A stretch of DNA of 32,090 nucleotides, taken from positions 1-32,090 of the forward strand of contig JAHQXB010000080.1 in NCBI GenBank assembly GCA_029856435.1. Direction: 5' to 3'. The stretch comes from Candidatus Jordarchaeia archaeon (lineage in GTDB: Archaea > Asgardarchaeota > Jordiarchaeia > Jordiarchaeales > Jordiarchaeaceae). The notes below the pieces were generated by a model, which did not search any database, was not told the DNA's origin, and saw only the letters and a program-made list of their open reading frames with translations. Numbering within the stretch: the stretch's first letter is position 1; each line of letters opens with the position of its first letter. Below, one piece after another: positions 28,142-32,090 of this stretch. The translations under genes and the position numbers were made by a program.

Positions 28142-29218
28142 TTATTTTCCCATTTTTTCTGTCTTCTCTTTTAGCATATTCATGATGAATGTTTTGCTGT
28201 CTGGAATCTCGGAGATATGCTCTTCCGGCTTCCTCACCAATTTTATGGCTTCATTTGGACAGGTGGGATAGCAGACCCCGCACCCCACACACCTCTGCTC
28301 GTCTATCTCTGCAAACTCTTTTACCGTTATTGCTTCCATAGGGCAGCGTTCGGCGCAGATTCCACAGGCTGTGCACAAATCGGTGTTCACGGTGCTTACA
28401 TAGTTTGATTTTGCGAGGGCTCTAGGTAGCCTAGCTGATTTGAGGGCTCTGAAGAAGAGGCAACAGTCAGAGCAGCAGTTACATATGGTTGCTACTTTTC
28501 CCTGGTGGTTTTCGGTCATATGTACTAGGCCTTCCTGGTTTGCTTTTCTCAGGATTTCTAGCGTTTCTTCTCTGGTGATCTCTCTGCCCATTCCGTGTTC
28601 CACTATGTATTGCCCCATACTATCAAAATGTAGGCAAACCTCCAGAGAATGGTTGCATCCTCCCCCAGTATATCGAGCAATCTGTCTGCAGGGGCAATTA
28701 GCCACAGCGAAAAACTTGTTTGCTTTGAGTAGCTCTTTGATATCCTCGTAGGGGGTTACCTGTGAGCCGTGAGATATGGAAATATCTACGGGTATCACTC
28801 TAAGAATGGATTGTTTCCGTTCGCCAATCTCGTAGGCAAACTTTTTTTCAAAGTAACTTTTCCAGAGAGGAGCAAGCTTTAAGGCTCTATTATCCTTCCT
28901 CCCAGGCCAGAAGGGAGTTTCAGAAAAGCCTACAATCGAAGGCAGTAAACGGTACAACTTTCTGCCTTCACGCTCCAAGGCGAAAACAGTTCCTTTATCT
29001 GCCATTCTGTCCAGCATTTTTCCTAGCCTATCTGGATCTTCTTTAACTTGGGCGGCTATTTCTTCGAGGGTCTGGGTAACAAGGGGCAGTTTGAGGGCTA
29101 GTTCAGCCTCCTCCGGGGTATAAAGGACTCTGAGAATTTCCAGTGCCTCCTCACTTTTGGGAAACCCTATCGGCCACTCGTCAAGCTTCCTTCTTAATCT
29201 CTCATAGATATCCTCCAT
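28142..29218 (-). CDS. Poly-[4Fe-4S] protein with N-terminal winged-helix-like region
   Basis: CPCR, C..SLEVC, ICNCCSDCC, plus two ferredoxin motifs CTACGICAERCP and CVGCGVCYPTCP. N-terminus LYTPEEAELALKLP..TLEEIA. Confidence 0.88.
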   Translation of the reverse strand: MEDIYERLRRKLDEWPIGFPKSEEALEILRVLYTPEEAELALKLPLVTQTLEEIAAQVKEDPDRLGKMLDRMADKGTVFALEREGRKLYRLLPSIVGFSETPFWPGRKDNRALKLAPLWKSYFEKKFAYEIGERKQSILRVIPVDISISHGSQVTPYEDIKELLKANKFFAVANCPCRQIARYTGGGCNHSLEVCLHFDSMGQYIVEHGMGREITREETLEILRKANQEGLVHMTENHQGKVATICNCCSDCCLFFRALKSARLPRALAKSNYVSTVNTDLCTACGICAERCPMEAITVKEFAEIDEQRCVGCGVCYPTCPNEAIKLVRKPEEHISEIPDSKTFIMNMLKEKTEKMGK

Positions 29219-29409
29219 ATTTGGCAACTCCTAAACATATTTTCCGACGTACAGGATTAGGCGTCTCATAAAGTTTATGCTTTAAAATCAATGTCCGAAT
29301 TATCCCGCTAATAAGACCAAATATTAGTAAAAAGTGCTTAAAGTTCTCTTCCCTAAATAGTGTGGAGCGTTCACGGACATTCATTTTGAGGGGTTTAAGG
29401 CAGGGAAAG

Positions 29410-29862
29410 CTATTTCATGTGCTCCCACAGTATAACTCCACCTATGAGGCCCAGTAAGCCTCCAAAGTTAAATAAGGCAAAGAATCCCATCAAACCAAAA
29501 ACGGTTAAGATTACAGCATACCACTTGTTGCCGCTCCATACCCCAATGGAACTTAGAAGGATGACAAAACCGTGAACAGCCACAATCACTCCGAAGGTAT
29601 ATAGGTTCCAAATAATTGCGCCCACGTAGTAGCCCCCTAACGGGCCCAGGGAAATTAAATTGATGAAGGAAACAAAATATGTGGACAAGTAGGTCAAAAG
29701 CTGCTCCAAAAATTGTGGAAAGAAAACAGAAAGCCCCATCAAAAATAGAATGTCCCCCCTCAAACTAACACTCAAAAACATTATCACCAGCCCACTCAGC
29801 ACCCCATATAAGCCACCAATACATCCCAAAACAACAAACGCCTTCAGCGAACCAGAACCCAT
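29410..29862 (-). CDS. Small multi-pass membrane protein (DUF4064-like), tandem paralogue A
   Basis: VLGCIGGLYGVLSG ... FNFGGLLGLIGGVIL aligns with the neighbouring gene. Confidence 0.78.
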   Translation of the reverse strand: MGSGSLKAFVVLGCIGGLYGVLSGLVIMFLSVSLRGDILFLMGLSVFFPQFLEQLLTYLSTYFVSFINLISLGPLGGYYVGAIIWNLYTFGVIVAVHGFVILLSSIGVWSGNKWYAVILTVFGLMGFFALFNFGGLLGLIGGVILWEHMK

Positions 29863-30037
29863 GCAAAAACCCCTTTTAATTCAACTAACACTAAACCCTT
29901 TTTTAGATTTCCACACTTAAAATAGTATCTCTGAAACCCAGCTTACACATACTACACCCCCCACTTGGAAATCAAAAAACAGGAAAAAGCAAAAAAAGAA
30001 AAAAATTGGAGAGAGTTTATTTGTTTGCAGAATCTTC

Positions 30038-30478
30038 TTATTTGGCTTTGTAGTAGAGCACCAGGCCGGCGATGAGAGCCAGCAGTCCTCCAAGGTTGAA
30101 GATTAGGAAGCCAATGAATCCAATGATTGCCATTAAAATTGCGCCCCACGCCTTTCCTTTCATTGCGCCAAATGCTCCCAAGAGTATCAGTAAACCAAGA
30201 ATTATGACGACGATTCCAAGAATGGATAGAGCGGAGCTCGCCTGCAAACCTAAAAGTGGAGCAAGCGGACCAAAGGTGAAGGCTGCCAATGTTGGAGAGA
30301 AGTACTGGACAATCTGGAGAATTGCTGCAATAGAACCAGGATACAGAGAGCCCAGTGCGAGAACGGTGTTAATGGTGTTCGCGGCACCCACTCCAGCTAT
30401 GGCAATAGCGATTCCGGAGAGTATCCCGTAGAGTCCACCCAAGATGCCTAAAATTGCCCAGGCTTTTTCTTCTGCCAA
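30038..30478 (-). CDS. Small multi-pass membrane protein (DUF4064-like), tandem paralogue B
   Basis: ILGILGGLYGILSG ... FNLGGLLALIAGLVL. TTG start after GGAG. Confidence 0.82.
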   Translation of the reverse strand: MAEEKAWAILGILGGLYGILSGIAIAIAGVGAANTINTVLALGSLYPGSIAAILQIVQYFSPTLAAFTFGPLAPLLGLQASSALSILGIVVIILGLLILLGAFGAMKGKAWGAILMAIIGFIGFLIFNLGGLLALIAGLVLYYKAK

Positions 30479-30579
30479 GAGTCTTTCCTCCTACTTTCTC
30501 CCCCCCAAATCAGGGGGGTTTTTCCTGAAATCAATTTTTCTATACTTCATTAATTTCCTATCAGCTCCTTATAAGCTTT

Positions 30580-30910
30580 ATCGCCCAAGACCCCCAACAT
30601 TACGACAATTGCATAATCAACACTAAACCCCACAACCATAAAAAATTCCTCCCCCCCAAACCCTTCCCCGCACCGCCAGTCCCCCTGTAAATTTCGCAAA
30701 AACTCCACCTCCAAAGCAGAAACTCCAATACCCACAACCAGCACAAAGCACACTAACAAAAAAGCAATAAAAAGGAGAAAAACGAAAAAACCACAAAATG
30801 GAGAACCCCAAGAGATTTGAACCAAGAAAACCAATTTGACCCCCAACACCCCCTTCAAAAACACAATGACCCACCACAAAACAAAAAGAAAAAACCATTA
30901 CAAAAAGCAC
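30580..30910. other. Extreme A/C-rich low-complexity intergenic tract
   Basis: Plus strand is almost devoid of G and T (e.g. cacaaccagcacaaagcacactaacaaaaaagc). No periodic repeat unit. Confidence 0.7.
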
Positions 30911-31340
30911 CAAAAAATTTCCCGTGCGTATTTAGGTTACAAATTGAATGAGGATTATTCCCCCTCTTTTGCAAAATGGAAGTTCCCATTCCATATGTTC
31001 AAACAGGTCTCCTTGTGGCTGGTTTTTGTGGATTGATTTCTGCCCTGACCCTGCATCCTCAGTCCTTCCGCCCATCATTTTTATACATGTTTATTTATAA
31101 GGTGGAGGGAATTTTCATATGAGCTCAGCCACCAAAAAAGGAAATCACCACAAATAGGAGTGCCACCAGAACATATGGTCCCACTCTCTTTTCTTCAAGA
31201 TTCAGAGGATTAGATACTACAAAAACTTGTTTTTTGTTAAATTTGGAGAAGTTTTATAATGTTTGTTTTGTTTAATTTATGGTGAAGACGATGGTGTGGC
31301 GGGGCTATGTGGTTTCATGTTTAGGTTTAAAAATTTGTGG

Positions 31341-31945
31341 ATGAGTAAAATAGTTTTAATCTTTTTTATGGTGCTATCCGCGTATGCCTTAGGTTTCCTT
31401 GACCTGTTTTCCGATCTGCCGGCGTCCTCCCAGCTTTCAAACTTGGTTTGTGAGTCGAAATGGTCCCCACTACTCTTTGGCTTCAAAGGATCAGCTATCC
31501 GCTTGTAGTATCCTAGTATTACAACTGGAACCATATTAAACATAAAGGTTACCGTGCGTCTCACAGGTTGACCAAGTAACTTTTAACATTTCCAATGTTC
31601 AAGCCAAGAACTATAATACTATATGCACCGCCGAGCTTCCCAGCGACGGCTATTCTTTGAGGGGCCTAACATATGCTATGTCTTTCAACTTGAGCCAAAC
31701 ATGCTACCTATACAATATTAGCGCATACCTTCTTGGTGGCGTACCTGCCAAAAAGATTGATTTCGGAATATACAATGCTACTTGGAAGTCTACAGGGCAA
31801 AGAATTGAATTGAGCCAAAACATTACCGGGTGGAAAAGCTATTCTGCGTCCTTCCTCTTTCACCAAACTTCCGAGCCGTTCAAACAGGTAAAAGTTATTG
31901 GGTTGCCTGAATATTTTTATGGTGCTCGTATAATACATTTTTCAA
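31341..31945 (+). pseudogene. Decayed secreted/surface glycoprotein gene; not shown as one ORF in the track
   Basis: ATG 31341 gives signal-peptide-like MSKIVLIFFMVLSAYALG. Stop at 31506, then a frameshift near 31560. Frame 1 from 31546 is open to the window end: QVTFNISNVQAKNYNT...FNLSQTCYLYNISAY...YNATWKSTGQRIELSQNITGWKSY, with five N-x-S/T sequons. Confidence 0.6.
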
Positions 31946-32090
31946 CTGTTTTTGTTTATTTTTTTTCTATTTTTTTAGTTTTTTCTTTATATTTTTGTTT
32001 TTGGTGTTTTGCTGAGTTGTTTTTTATTTTTCGTCAATGTTTTCGATTTTTGGTAAATGCTTTTGGGGGCAATTTGAAGGCAAAAAAGTA

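Noticed and set aside
30811-30825. GATTTGAACC (tRNA T-loop-like on the minus strand)
   Set aside because: No T-stem, acceptor stem or cloverleaf around it; it lies in a low-complexity tract.
30550-30913. Hydrophobic minus-strand ORFs 30550-30879 and 30623-30913
   Set aside because: The F/V/L/G richness follows from the extreme A/C tract. No motif or RBS; not periodic, so also not a CRISPR array.
31277-31938. Minus-strand ORFs 31277-31564 and 31708-31938
   Set aside because: Shadows of the plus-strand glycoprotein remnant.

Overview
Archaeal chromosomal window with TTG/GTG starts, GGAGG/GAGGTG Shine-Dalgarno motifs, TTTAAATA/TTTATA-type TATA boxes and A/T-tract intergenic DNA. Two stand-alone Roadblock-like genes, three V4R-like genes and a 7TM orphan suggest an Asgard-type lineage (inference only). 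About 24 intact CDS. Most are anaerobic acyl-CoA, aldehyde or redox enzymes: two ThDP enzyme paralogues, an SDR, a Zn-MDR, an AbfD-like 4Fe-4S dehydratase, an enoyl-CoA hydratase, an OYE flavoenzyme with Fe-S motif, an FAD/NADH oxidoreductase and a poly-Fe-S protein. Also present are GH172, DUF1847, an AsnB C-domain protein, a divergent HDAC-family protein, an MFS transporter and several orphan membrane or signalling proteins. No rRNA, tRNA, CRISPR or transposase was found. Signals not explained by the gene list: (1) a ~107-bp MITE family, with two young copies carrying perfect 9-10 bp TSDs and two eroded copies; (2) a gene-scale G/T-to-A/C compositional gradient from 5' to 3' on both strands; (3) a coupled Roadblock-like + 7TM gene pair, and an upstream motif shared by both Roadblock genes; (4) a Cys-rich V4R-like paralogue family; (5) decayed or frameshifted genes missing from the ORF track. 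All family calls are from motif recognition, with no database search.
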